46,788 nt of DNA from a virus. Its lineage: Duplodnaviria > Caudoviricetes. Made by a program: the position numbers and the translations under genes. The stretch covers positions 1 through 46,788 of IMG/VR virus record IMGVR_UViG_3300045119_000148; one strand, written 5' to 3'. Of the stretch, positions 38,005-46,003 are shown in pieces (within the stretch, counting starts at the first letter, position 1; each line of letters starts with the position of its first letter). The notes under the pieces were generated by a model. That model had not been told where the DNA came from. It did no database searches and saw only the letters and a list, made by a program, of their open reading frames with translations.

Positions 38005-38072
38005 GCGGTCGGACCTGCCGCTTCTGCGGCTACTGGACCAAGGGTCGGCACTGCCAGTGGTGCGGTAAGTAG
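38001..38072 (+). CDS. 23-aa CxxC-CxxC micro zinc-finger (not in ORF track)
   Basis: ATGA overlap with the ART stop; MSGRTCRFCGYWTKGRHCQWCGK. Confidence 0.5.
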   Translation: MSGRTCRFCGYWTKGRHCQWCGK

Positions 38073-38127
38073 GCGGACTCTGTCCGCTTCGGAGCCCGTA
38101 GCCAACAACAGCAGAACATTTGTTCTC

Positions 38128-38176
38128 TTTGCCACTCACTACCCGTAGGGTATAGTGGCCCCATCAATCCCATCCC
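38128..38176 (+). promoter_or_regulatory. Second sigma70-type early promoter with the same leader
   Basis: TTGCCA-16 bp-TATAGT, then 6 nt, then ATCAATCCCATCCC. Confidence 0.6.
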
Positions 38177-38195
38177 GCAGGAAGGAACGCACACC

Positions 38196-38384
38196 ATGCG
38201 CCACACCACACAGCCGAACGGGTCACGTGACCTCAATCGCCTAACTCTCACCACCGGTCGGCGAACGGAGCCCCGACTCTACATGGCTCACCCTATGGGT
38301 GAGACCAAGCGGAGGTCGTGGTTGCCGGTCATCTTCGTCATCGCGGTGGTCGTCATCATCGGCCTCGCCGGAATGTCCCGATGA
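38196..38384 (+). CDS. Small membrane protein
   Basis: RBS GAAGGA; C-terminal TM helix. Confidence 0.6.
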   Translation: MRHTTQPNGSRDLNRLTLTTGRRTEPRLYMAHPMGETKRRSWLPVIFVIAVVVIIGLAGMSR

Positions 38385-38581
38385 AGGGCCGACCTTCGGT
38401 CGCCAACGAGGGCAGAGTCTGCATCCTCGTGCCCGACCACGGACCCTCGCTCATCATGCGGAGCGGGCGGGAGTGGTGCCCTCATCAGCAGCACGACGGG
38501 CTTGGTCGTCGCAAAGCGACGACGCCGTGGCTGGACAAGCAGGTCACCGATGACTCGGCTGACCGACCTGACGCAGCCTGA
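38381..38581 (+). CDS. Hypothetical protein (66 aa)
   Basis: ATGA overlap; C..DH..WCPH motif. Confidence 0.5.
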   Translation: MKGRPSVANEGRVCILVPDHGPSLIMRSGREWCPHQQHDGLGRRKATTPWLDKQVTDDSADRPDAA

Positions 38582-39956
38582 ACTCGATGTCGTTCTGCTG
38601 CTCGCACAGGGGAGGGTGACAGCAAGTGCTGTCACCCTCGCTGCTGACCTGTGGCGGACGACCGACACATGGCTGGCCGAGGACCCGTACCCGCTCATCA
38701 CCTACATCCTCGACTCGTTATCGAGTCGAGGACTGGTGCGCTTCCGACTGGCCGCGCCGAAGGATGCCATCCACTCGATGGACTTCCCGATGGACATTCG
38801 TCTCACCCCGAAGGGGTGGGAACTACTCGGCTACTCGCACAAGACAGCCGAGGTCGGGTCGCGTGGACGGCATGAGCGCGAGCCCATCCCCGGCGACCTC
38901 ACCGACTACCTCAACCACAAGTACCACTCCGAAGGAGGTGCAATCGAAGTCGAGGATTTCCCTACCCACCGTGACCGTTTCCCCCACCACGAACACATGT
39001 ACGGAGTACCCATCCTCATGGCAAACACAGCAACCCATCCCAAGCCACGGCGTTCACGCGCCGAGCGTCTTGCAGACCCTACGGTTCTGCAAGACCCGGA
39101 CGGTGACGGCTCGCGTGGCTACATCCGCGTGACCGCAGACATGGAAGCGATGGTCATAGCCGCTCGCTCGCGCATGGGCACCGTCTCCTACGGAGACGTT
39201 GCCGAAGCCGTCGGTCTGCCCGAACGGACCATCCGCTACATCCTCACCGACCTGCCCCGACTCCGTCGGGCCAACGGCGGTGATGAGCGGCTGGAGAAGT
39301 CGCTCAAAGAGCGAGTGTTCGCCACCATCGAAGTCCTCGGTGAGGTCAAGGACGTAGCGGAACTGCGCCGCATCCTTGGCATGGCCGACCCTGAGCATGA
39401 CGTGATGCACGTGCTGCATTCTCTACACACACAGGGCCGCATCGACTTCACCGAACGTGGCACAGGCAATGGCGACACGACCGTCATCCACATCCGGCCT
39501 ACGAAGAAGGGCACACGACGCCTGACCCAGACGCAGGTCGATGCCCTTCCAGAAATCGTGGCGGAGCGACTGCCCGAAGCAGTCCAGCCGCTGCCGGTCA
39601 TCAGCCGGGAAGAGGAAGAGCGGGCAATCAGCGCCGCTCACAACGCAGAGACCGGGTTCGAGGCGACAACGCCGGACACCCCAGCCACAGCGCCGTCCGC
39701 ACCCGAACCCGAGAGCGAAGGATACCCACTGCTCGACGCCCTGTTGGACCGAGAGCGCACACGACTCGACGGTGACAGCAAGGGCATGGCCTTCGTCGTC
39801 GCAGCCGAGGCAATCCAAGCCATCGACCCCGATACCGCACGCTCCCTGATGGAGAAGGCGAAGCAGTACGACGTACCGTTCCCCTCACCCATCGAGCAGG
39901 AGTACATCCGCTATGTGGCAACGCATCCGCCAGTTGTGGTCGCCGATGAGCAGTGA
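38550..39956 (+). CDS. Multi-HTH DNA-binding protein, probable transcriptional regulator
   Basis: wHTH-like segments LDSLSSRGLVRF..IRLTPKG and LHSLHTQGRIDF, and the HTH SYGDVAEAVGLPERTIRYIL. Confidence 0.65.
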   Translation: MTRLTDLTQPELDVVLLLAQGRVTASAVTLAADLWRTTDTWLAEDPYPLITYILDSLSSRGLVRFRLAAPKDAIHSMDFPMDIRLTPKGWELLGYSHKTAEVGSRGRHEREPIPGDLTDYLNHKYHSEGGAIEVEDFPTHRDRFPHHEHMYGVPILMANTATHPKPRRSRAERLADPTVLQDPDGDGSRGYIRVTADMEAMVIAARSRMGTVSYGDVAEAVGLPERTIRYILTDLPRLRRANGGDERLEKSLKERVFATIEVLGEVKDVAELRRILGMADPEHDVMHVLHSLHTQGRIDFTERGTGNGDTTVIHIRPTKKGTRRLTQTQVDALPEIVAERLPEAVQPLPVISREEEERAISAAHNAETGFEATTPDTPATAPSAPEPESEGYPLLDALLDRERTRLDGDSKGMAFVVAAEAIQAIDPDTARSLMEKAKQYDVPFPSPIEQEYIRYVATHPPVVVADEQ

Positions 39957-40140
39957 CCCGTACGCCAAGGGCTGGAACGAAGGACGTGACCAAGCCATCA
40001 AGGACATCCGGGCTGCCCTCTTGCGAGAGTTGCCCTCACTGACCGTGCTTCACGCCGTGGACACGGAGTACATCGACGTGGGGGAAGTCCTCCGCGTCAT
40101 CGACCAAGTCAGAACCCATCCCGAAGGAGCATCCCGATGA
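39946..40140 (+). CDS. Hypothetical protein (64 aa)
   Basis: Overlap-coupled; YAKGWNEGR motif. Confidence 0.55.
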   Translation: MSSDPYAKGWNEGRDQAIKDIRAALLRELPSLTVLHAVDTEYIDVGEVLRVIDQVRTHPEGASR

Positions 40141-40346
40141 CCATTCCCGCCACCACCACCCTCGTCACCGAGTTGATGGTCGCCCGTGCCACGGGTACCG
40201 TCCGCATCAGGGACATCCCCCTGAAGGTCGAGCAGCGCCGTGGCTACTACGACCTCGACTTCACGGTGCCCACTCTTGGGGTCACCATCCGGCTCAGCGG
40301 GGCCGAGCGCATCGCACTCATCGAAGCGTTGGGCGGTCATGTCTGA
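40137..40346 (+). CDS. Hypothetical protein (69 aa)
   Basis: RBS AAGGAG, ATGA overlap. Confidence 0.6.
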   Translation: MTIPATTTLVTELMVARATGTVRIRDIPLKVEQRRGYYDLDFTVPTLGVTIRLSGAERIALIEALGGHV

Positions 40347-40524
40347 CTGGAACCAGCCCATCTGCTGGCGGTGCTGGGGCCGACGCAATCCGGGCCGGGT
40401 CCCGGTGCGCGTTCACCCACCCGTGCAGGAGAAGTGCGCCTACTGCGGGACGCCCACCATCAGCGGCATCTACGTGCGGGACGACCCCAAGTTGGTGCCT
40501 TACCGCACGCCGGATGACGTGTGA
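40339..40524 (+). CDS. Small zinc-finger protein (61 aa)
   Basis: CWRC..CAYC. Confidence 0.6.
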   Translation: MSDWNQPICWRCWGRRNPGRVPVRVHPPVQEKCAYCGTPTISGIYVRDDPKLVPYRTPDDV

Positions 40525-41039
40525 GTGAGACCAACCGCCCGCGACTTCGACTGCAGTTCGAGGTCGCGGGCACACCCATCCCGCAAGGCAGCAAGCGGGC
40601 GTGGATAAGCAGCAAGACGCATCAGGTCGTGATGACCGAGGACGCTGGCGTGCGACACAGCACGTGGCGCAACGAGGTCACGGGTCAGGCGCGTCAGGCG
40701 ATGGCCAACCTTGGCCGCTTCGGTGAGCCCTTCCGTGAGCCCATCAGTTGCTCGCTCACGTTCCAGTTCCACCGGCCACTGAGTCATTACGGCACCGGCA
40801 AGAACGCGGAGAAGGTGAAGGCGTCGGCTCCGCCGTCACCGACCAAACCACCAGACCTCGACAAGTTGACCCGTGCGATATGGGACTCGCTCACATCTGT
40901 GGTTTGGGTCGATGACGCTCAGGTCATTGCCGCCACCATCAGGAAGCAGTACGTCGAACGCTGGCAAGCAGAGGGTGTCCTCATCCTCGTTGGCACGTTC
41001 CCCACACCCGGAGGAGAGAACGAGCATGGGCTTGAATGA
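40521..41039 (+). CDS. rusA: RusA-family Holliday junction resolvase
   Basis: GTPIPQGSKR, KPPDLDKLTRAIWDSL and WVDDAQV. Confidence 0.9.
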   Translation: MSETNRPRLRLQFEVAGTPIPQGSKRAWISSKTHQVVMTEDAGVRHSTWRNEVTGQARQAMANLGRFGEPFREPISCSLTFQFHRPLSHYGTGKNAEKVKASAPPSPTKPPDLDKLTRAIWDSLTSVVWVDDAQVIAATIRKQYVERWQAEGVLILVGTFPTPGGENEHGLE

Positions 41040-41286
41040 CCTGCGCCCCGTTGGCGCGTTCATATCACACACACCCGGACCTGACTGCGACCGCTACGAG
41101 TCGCACACCCACATGGCCGACGGCTCTATCCGTACACCCGCCGGTTTTGCCCCACATCCCGGTGAGCAGCACGAGTTCAAGACCAAGTGCATCAAGTGCG
41201 GGGATTACGGGCAACTGTTCGTCGCCATCCTTGGGTCCGATGAACGGGCTCGCATCGAACCTATCGAGCAGGTTGATGGCAAGTAA
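41026..41286 (+). CDS. Hypothetical protein with CxxC (86 aa)
   Basis: RBS GGAGGAG; CIKC. Confidence 0.6.
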   Translation: MGLNDLRPVGAFISHTPGPDCDRYESHTHMADGSIRTPAGFAPHPGEQHEFKTKCIKCGDYGQLFVAILGSDERARIEPIEQVDGK

Positions 41287-41527
41287 GGACATCAAGCCCG
41301 GCGCACTGGTCCACATCGTCTTCGACGATGTGCAGCACCAGACCAAGGGCTGGTCACTGAGGGGCAACTGGCCAGAGCGGGGTCGCTTTGTCGCCGTCGG
41401 CTATCTCCTGAAGCAGACCAAACGTTCGACCTACGTCGCCAACGTGATGGACGGGGACTACGCCTTCTGCTCGTACACCATTCCCACGTCGAGCATCCGC
41501 TCGATGACACGACTGCGAGTGAAGTGA
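41276..41527 (+). CDS. Hypothetical small beta-barrel protein (83 aa)
   Basis: LVHIVFDD..GW..VGYLL..TIPTSSI, a pattern common in phage proteins. Confidence 0.6.
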   Translation: MASKDIKPGALVHIVFDDVQHQTKGWSLRGNWPERGRFVAVGYLLKQTKRSTYVANVMDGDYAFCSYTIPTSSIRSMTRLRVK

Positions 41528-41760
41528 TGGCAAGCAATGACCCAGAGCCCACGCCCATCGAACCCCCCGACAACGGAGCGGTCGCGTTCCTCACACGCAT
41601 CGTTCGCATCCCCGGTCGCAATGACCAGACCCCGCTGCGTGCGGTGTACCTGTGCATCATCGCGGCCACCCTGTCGGTGACCCCAATCCCGTTCAATGCG
41701 GTGGGCTTTGTGTTCCTCGTAGCACTAGCCCTGTCTCTTGGCCGCATCACGGAGAAGTGA
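41527..41760 (+). CDS. Small membrane protein
   Basis: Two hydrophobic segments; TGATG overlap. Confidence 0.55.
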   Translation: MASNDPEPTPIEPPDNGAVAFLTRIVRIPGRNDQTPLRAVYLCIIAATLSVTPIPFNAVGFVFLVALALSLGRITEK

Positions 41761-41796
41761 TAACCTAAACCCTGCCAACCCCATCAGGAGGAACCT

Positions 41797-42111
41797 ATGA
41801 CGAAACCAATCCAGACATCCCCCGCCAGTCCCCGGTTCGTCCGGGTACCTGACGAAGAGGCATCACAAATCATGCAGGACGCCAACGGTCGGCGCGACTG
41901 GACCGAGGTCAAGGTCGCACTGAAGCGTGGCGGTCGCCTGTTCCTGACCGACGACCAGTTGCCCGCGTCGGGCGTCAAGTACCTGTCGCTGGCGTTTGCT
42001 CGTCGGCAGTTGAACCGGACCCTTCATGTCCGGCGCGTGACCCATGACGGCAAGCGCGGACGACTCATCTGGCTGGGACCGGATACGACCAAGGCCGAGG
42101 CTGCGTCGTGA
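41797..42111 (+). CDS. Hypothetical protein (104 aa)
   Basis: RBS AGGAGG. Confidence 0.65.
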   Translation: MTKPIQTSPASPRFVRVPDEEASQIMQDANGRRDWTEVKVALKRGGRLFLTDDQLPASGVKYLSLAFARRQLNRTLHVRRVTHDGKRGRLIWLGPDTTKAEAAS

Positions 42112-42407
42112 GCGTCATTCGCATCACGGACAAGGCAGCCTCATCGGAAGAAGTCGTCACCCAACTGCGCAAGACGGCGGACTTCATCGAGGGACTCGGC
42201 CTTGTCGGTGAGGCCCGCGTCATCGTGACCGGTGAACTCAACGTCGAGGTCCACTACGAGCCCCCGGCATGGGAAGAGAAGCGTCGGCTCATCGCCGACA
42301 TCAGGCGGATGCTCCCGTTCCTTCGTGCCGAACATCCCGAGTTGGTCTCACAGATTGAGGTCGCCATGAAGCAGGTCGAACAGGAAGAGGAGGAAGTCGC
42401 GTCGTGA
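42108..42407 (+). CDS. Hypothetical protein (99 aa)
   Basis: GTGA overlaps on both sides. Confidence 0.6.
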   Translation: MSVIRITDKAASSEEVVTQLRKTADFIEGLGLVGEARVIVTGELNVEVHYEPPAWEEKRRLIADIRRMLPFLRAEHPELVSQIEVAMKQVEQEEEEVAS

Positions 42408-42616
42408 ACAACGGTGACCTCGACCGCATCTTCGACTCACATCCACCCAAGAACGACGCCGAAGCACTGGCTCACGAGCAGGTGCGCCAAGCCTTCAAGG
42501 ACGTTGCCCGCACCATGAGCAACCTGCCGCAGGGCAGGGAGCGCAGCATCGTCCTCACCAAGTTGGAGGAGGCATCGTTCTTCGCACACGCCGCCATCGC
42601 CCGCGACCCCCAGTAA
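42404..42616 (+). CDS. Acb2/Tad1-like helical-hairpin protein (putative immune-signal sponge)
   Basis: 70 aa; RIFDSHPP..LPQGRERSIVLTKLEEASFFAHAAIAR matches my recollection of the family's R-E-x-S-x3-TKLEEA-x3-A-x-AAIAR pattern. Confidence 0.65.
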   Translation: MNNGDLDRIFDSHPPKNDAEALAHEQVRQAFKDVARTMSNLPQGRERSIVLTKLEEASFFAHAAIARDPQ

Positions 42617-42641
42617 CCTCACCCCATCCCAAGGAGAACCC

Positions 42642-43499
42642 ATGAGTCTCAGCATCACCGTGTCCGCGACCGGACCCAAGAACGCAACGACCGACCCCGA
42701 GACGGGGCTCCGGTACTACGACTGGAAGGGACGCAAACTCCCTTCGTCCACCAGCCTCCGCCGCATGGCTGGTCTTCCCTTCCGCCTCCACCAGTGGGCC
42801 ATCAGCAAGGTGGTCCAGCGTGCGGTGGACGAACACCTCATCCTGCGCCAGATGCTCGACCGGCCCAAGCGCCCACGTGAGCGGGTGCGTGACAAGAACG
42901 TGGCCAAGGAGGCGGGCAAGTGGCTCCGCTCTGCGGCTACCGAGGAGCGTGACGCAGCCAGCGAGTTGGGCACCTACGTCCACGACTGCGCGGTGAGGCG
43001 AACCCCTCTGAGTCAGGTTGACCCGGTTGCCCGCCCGTACCTCATCAACTTCTACGACTGGGTGGCGTCGAGTGGGGTCAACATCATCGCCACCGAGAAG
43101 CAGGTCTTCAACCTGACCGAGGGCTACGCCGGGACGTTCGACTTGCTGGTCGAGTGGCCGCTCACCGGGGACATCGGGGTCATCGACATCAAGACCAGCC
43201 GTGGGACCTACGCTGACCACGCCCTGCAGGTGGTGAGTTACGCGATGGGCGAGTTCATCGGCGAGGACGATGTCATCGACGTTGCCCTCACCAAGGCACT
43301 GCACTCGGCGAACACGATGGCCCTGCTTCATCTGACCGAGGACGGCTGGCGCTACCAGCGGGTGCCCGCCACGCCTGAGTTGTTCGATGCGTTCAAGGGA
43401 CTCATCGCCTACGCCACGTTCATGGCTGCGTACCCGGAGATTGAGGCGCTGCTGGACTTGGAAGTGGCGGGCGGCATCCCGCTCACGGCCCAGCCATGA
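42642..43499 (+). CDS. PD-(D/E)XK exonuclease (RecB/Cas4-like)
   Basis: LPSSTS, ASELGTYVH, GYAGTFDLL, VIDIKTS and LQVVSYA. Confidence 0.85.
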   Translation: MSLSITVSATGPKNATTDPETGLRYYDWKGRKLPSSTSLRRMAGLPFRLHQWAISKVVQRAVDEHLILRQMLDRPKRPRERVRDKNVAKEAGKWLRSAATEERDAASELGTYVHDCAVRRTPLSQVDPVARPYLINFYDWVASSGVNIIATEKQVFNLTEGYAGTFDLLVEWPLTGDIGVIDIKTSRGTYADHALQVVSYAMGEFIGEDDVIDVALTKALHSANTMALLHLTEDGWRYQRVPATPELFDAFKGLIAYATFMAAYPEIEALLDLEVAGGIPLTAQP

Positions 43500-43837
43500 C
43501 CGCCACCATCCGGTCGAGGAAGGGCCGTACGCCCACCAGACGACACGGACTGGGGAAGAGCGGCGTCGATGCCCTGTTGGCCCAGCAGGGCGGCTCCTGC
43601 GCCATCTGTGGCGTGCCGTACGAGGACAAGCCGGGGTCCCGGCTGGCGATGGACCACGACCACCGGCACTGCGCCGGTGTGAAGGGCTGCCCGCAGTGCG
43701 TCCGTGGGATGCTGTGCAACGGTTGCAACAACATCGTGCGGCTGGCGCACGATGACCCGGAGGTACTGCGCAAGGCGGTCGCGTACCTCGAACGAGCCAG
43801 CAAGCGGGCGTTCTGGTGGGAGGCCAACGGTGAGTGA
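43496..43837 (+). CDS. Recombination endonuclease VII-family protein
   Basis: QQGGSCAICG, LAMDHDH and VRGMLCNGCN. Confidence 0.9.
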   Translation: MTATIRSRKGRTPTRRHGLGKSGVDALLAQQGGSCAICGVPYEDKPGSRLAMDHDHRHCAGVKGCPQCVRGMLCNGCNNIVRLAHDDPEVLRKAVAYLERASKRAFWWEANGE

Positions 43838-44075
43838 GCCGAATGGATGGGCCATCATGCACGACCGCACGCTGCTGCACGAAGAGGGCGAGCCGTTCTA
43901 CCTGTTCGGCCCGTTGCCCTCACGTGAGATAGCCGACCTCATCGTGGCTTCATTGGAGTGCGAATGCACCAAGCGGGTGGTCCCCCTCTTCTTCCCCGGT
44001 GGAGTGACTATGAGGCTCGAAGCGACGATGCCCTCAGTCCTCCCCCTCCAACCCGCCGACGGCCACATCCACTAG
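43830..44075 (+). CDS. Hypothetical protein (81 aa)
   Basis: GTG start overlapping the Endo VII stop, with GGAGG upstream. Confidence 0.5.
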   Translation: MSEPNGWAIMHDRTLLHEEGEPFYLFGPLPSREIADLIVASLECECTKRVVPLFFPGGVTMRLEATMPSVLPLQPADGHIH

Positions 44076-44175
44076 CGCCACCACCCAAGCCCGGATGGCT
44101 GGCCCACATCGTGGGTGTGGCCATCATCCTCACTGCACTCGCCATCGTGGTGGTCGCAGCCCAACGCTTCATCTG

Positions 44176-44216
44176 AATAGGCCCGGTCCCCAAGGGGACC
44201 GGGCCTATTTCTGTTT
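44176..44216. terminator. Intrinsic terminator between the convergent early and late arms
   Basis: 16-bp inverted repeat AATAGGCCCGGTCCCC-AA-GGGGACCGGGCCTATT followed by TCTGTTT. Confidence 0.85.
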
Positions 44217-44235
44217 CACGTGCAACGCGGGTGGG

Positions 44236-44646
44236 TCAGCCCTTCTTGCCCTCACCCTTGTGCGTCTTGGTGTCCGGGCCCGTCTGCGGGTGGGCCATCG
44301 CGTCGTGCGCCTTGGCCTCGAACGAGCCAGCAGACGCGGGCTTGGCCGCGTCCTCGGCCACCTGCTTCTCGCCCTCGGACTCGGTGGTGTCGCCAACGCC
44401 CGGTCGCCTGTCCTCGGCACCGGGCACGCGCCCGTAGACCGCGTCGTCGCGGGCCTCCTGCTCCGCGCCGAGTTCCTCGGCGGTCTGCTTGGCCTCCTCC
44501 TCGGCATCGCGCCGCTCGGCGGTGCGCTTCTCGGTCAGTTCCTCGTTGGCCTCACGAGCCATCTGGTCCTGCTTCGCCATCGCCTCTTCGAGGGTGGCTG
44601 CGCTCTCCTGCTCGGGGGCTTCGGTGGTCTCGGGTTCGGCGCTCAT
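44236..44646 (-). CDS. Acidic hypothetical late protein (136 aa)
   Basis: MSAEPETTEAPEQESAATLEEAM..; TGATG overlap. Confidence 0.7.
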   Translation of the reverse strand: MSAEPETTEAPEQESAATLEEAMAKQDQMAREANEELTEKRTAERRDAEEEAKQTAEELGAEQEARDDAVYGRVPGAEDRRPGVGDTTESEGEKQVAEDAAKPASAGSFEAKAHDAMAHPQTGPDTKTHKGEGKKG

Positions 44647-44798
44647 CAGTAACCTCGCTTCATCTTCTGCTTGGCTTGCCGCCGCATCTTGACCTTCATC
44701 TTGACCTCGGGCTGCATGTTGTACATGCGCCGCGCAAGACGACCCGCGTCTGAGTGCCGGTACTCCGCTTGCTTCTGCTTCTTCCCGGCGCTGGCCAT
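44646..44798 (-). CDS. 50-aa basic protein
   Basis: RBS GGAGG; MASAGKKQKQAEYRHS..KMKRGY. Confidence 0.6.
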   Translation of the reverse strand: MASAGKKQKQAEYRHSDAGRLARRMYNMQPEVKMKVKMRRQAKQKMKRGY

Positions 44799-44800
44799 GA

Positions 44801-44998
44801 CTATCCCTCCTCGGGAGCCTCCGCAGGGACTTCGTCCTCGGTCGTGCCATTGCGCTCACGCGCCAACTTGTCCTGCAGGACCATCGCCTCTTCGAGGGTG
44901 GCCGCGTTCCGCTGGCCGGACTGCTCGGGACCGGTCCCGGTCATCGTCTCGGCCTCGGCGATGGCCTCAGCCTTCTTGGTCTCTTCCTTTGCCGTCAC
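44801..44998 (-). CDS. 65-aa acidic protein sharing the AATLEEAM motif with 44236-44646
   Basis: RBS AGGAGG. Confidence 0.65.
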   Translation of the reverse strand: MTAKEETKKAEAIAEAETMTGTGPEQSGQRNAATLEEAMVLQDKLARERNGTTEDEVPAEAPEEG

Positions 44999-45007
44999 GG
45001 GTTCCTC

Positions 45008-45367
45008 CTACGGGGTGGCGTTGTTGACCTGAAGGTTGAACGGCGGGGTCAGCGCACCGCCGACCTCCTTCAGGGGAGCGGCACCGCCACCGGCATAGCG
45101 GATGCGCACGGTCTGGCCGTTGACCACCGGCGCAGCGAGGACGACGGCCACGCTGGCGGCTGATGCGGTGGCCGACGTGACGCCAACCGCTGCGCCGTTC
45201 ACGGTGGCCGACCACTGGGATGGCGTGGTCGCACCGGCGACCAGCGCGGGTCCCGTGAAGGGAATGGTGAGGGCAGCCCCGTTCACCGAGGGGTTGTTGC
45301 TCGGCCTCGGCGCGAGGTTCGCTGCGTTCCAGCCGAACTGGATGAACCGGAGTGCCTGTGCTACCAC
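45008..45367 (-). CDS. Ig/SwmB-like beta-sandwich virion protein
   Basis: LTIPFTGPAL..WSATVNGAAVGVTS..VVLAAPVVNGQTVRIRY. Confidence 0.55.
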   Translation of the reverse strand: MVAQALRFIQFGWNAANLAPRPSNNPSVNGAALTIPFTGPALVAGATTPSQWSATVNGAAVGVTSATASAASVAVVLAAPVVNGQTVRIRYAGGGAAPLKEVGGALTPPFNLQVNNATP

Positions 45368-45374
45368 GTTGCCC

Positions 45375-45503
45375 TCACTTCTTGCTCTTCCCAGCCTTGC
45401 GCATGGCGATGGCGATGGCTTGCTTCTGGGGCTTGCCAGCCTTCATCTCGGTCTTGATGTTCGCGCTGATGGTGGCCTTGGAAGAGCCGGACTTCAGTGG
45501 CAT
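45375..45503 (-). CDS. 42-aa basic conserved phage peptide
   Basis: [42 protein letters not shown], a pattern I recognise as recurrent in phage genomes. Confidence 0.75.
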   Translation of the reverse strand: MPLKSGSSKATISANIKTEMKAGKPQKQAIAIAMRKAGKSKK

Positions 45504-45620
45504 CTACTTGCCCTTCTTGGCCTCACGCTTCTCTTCGGCCTTGCTCGGCATCTTGCCGGTCTTCTTCAGTTCCGCCCGGTCCTCGGCGTCCATCTTGGGC
45601 TTTGGTTTGGGAGCGGCCAT
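45504..45620 (-). CDS. 38-aa Lys-rich peptide
   Basis: RBS AAGGAG; MAAPKPKPKMDAEDRAELKK... Confidence 0.6.
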   Translation of the reverse strand: MAAPKPKPKMDAEDRAELKKTGKMPSKAEEKREAKKGK

Positions 45621-45866
45621 CTACGTCTCCTTGGTCTCACTCTCCGTGGTGGCGGGCTCGTCCTCTTCGGTGTCGTAGGCGTTCAACTTCGCCTTGGCAT
45701 CGTCGAGCGAAGTCGCGCTGACGTGGTTGCCGGTGAACGTGAACGATGTGGTGGCAACGCTGGCGTCCTCATCGACCGACTCGACCAGCGCCCGAAGGAG
45801 TTCGTACTCCTCGTCCCGCCACGTCTCGGTCTTGTGGTGGCCCGATGCACTCACGCTCCACGTCAT
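45621..45866 (-). CDS. Acidic hypothetical protein (81 aa)
   Basis: RBS GAGGAGG; MTWSVSASGHH... Confidence 0.65.
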   Translation of the reverse strand: MTWSVSASGHHKTETWRDEEYELLRALVESVDEDASVATTSFTFTGNHVSATSLDDAKAKLNAYDTEEDEPATTESETKET

Positions 45867-45867
45867 G

Positions 45868-45996
45868 TCAGCCCTCCTCGTCGGTGCCGACGCCGACATC
45901 CCGCTTGTCGTCGGGGTCGTCGTCGCCCTTGTCCTCGTCCGCGATGGGGGTTTCGGGTTCGGGCTCATCCGCTGGGATGTCGCGCTCGTCGGTCAT
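45868..45996 (-). CDS. 42-aa very acidic peptide
   Basis: RBS GAGGGG; MTDERDIPADEPEPETPIADEDKGDDDPDD... Confidence 0.55.
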   Translation of the reverse strand: MTDERDIPADEPEPETPIADEDKGDDDPDDKRDVGVGTDEEG

Positions 45997-46003
45997 GTTC
46001 CCC

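Noticed and set aside
42642-43499. Cas4 indicating a CRISPR system
   Set aside because: It lacks the Fe-S cysteine cluster and sits among recombination genes, so an ordinary phage exonuclease is more likely.
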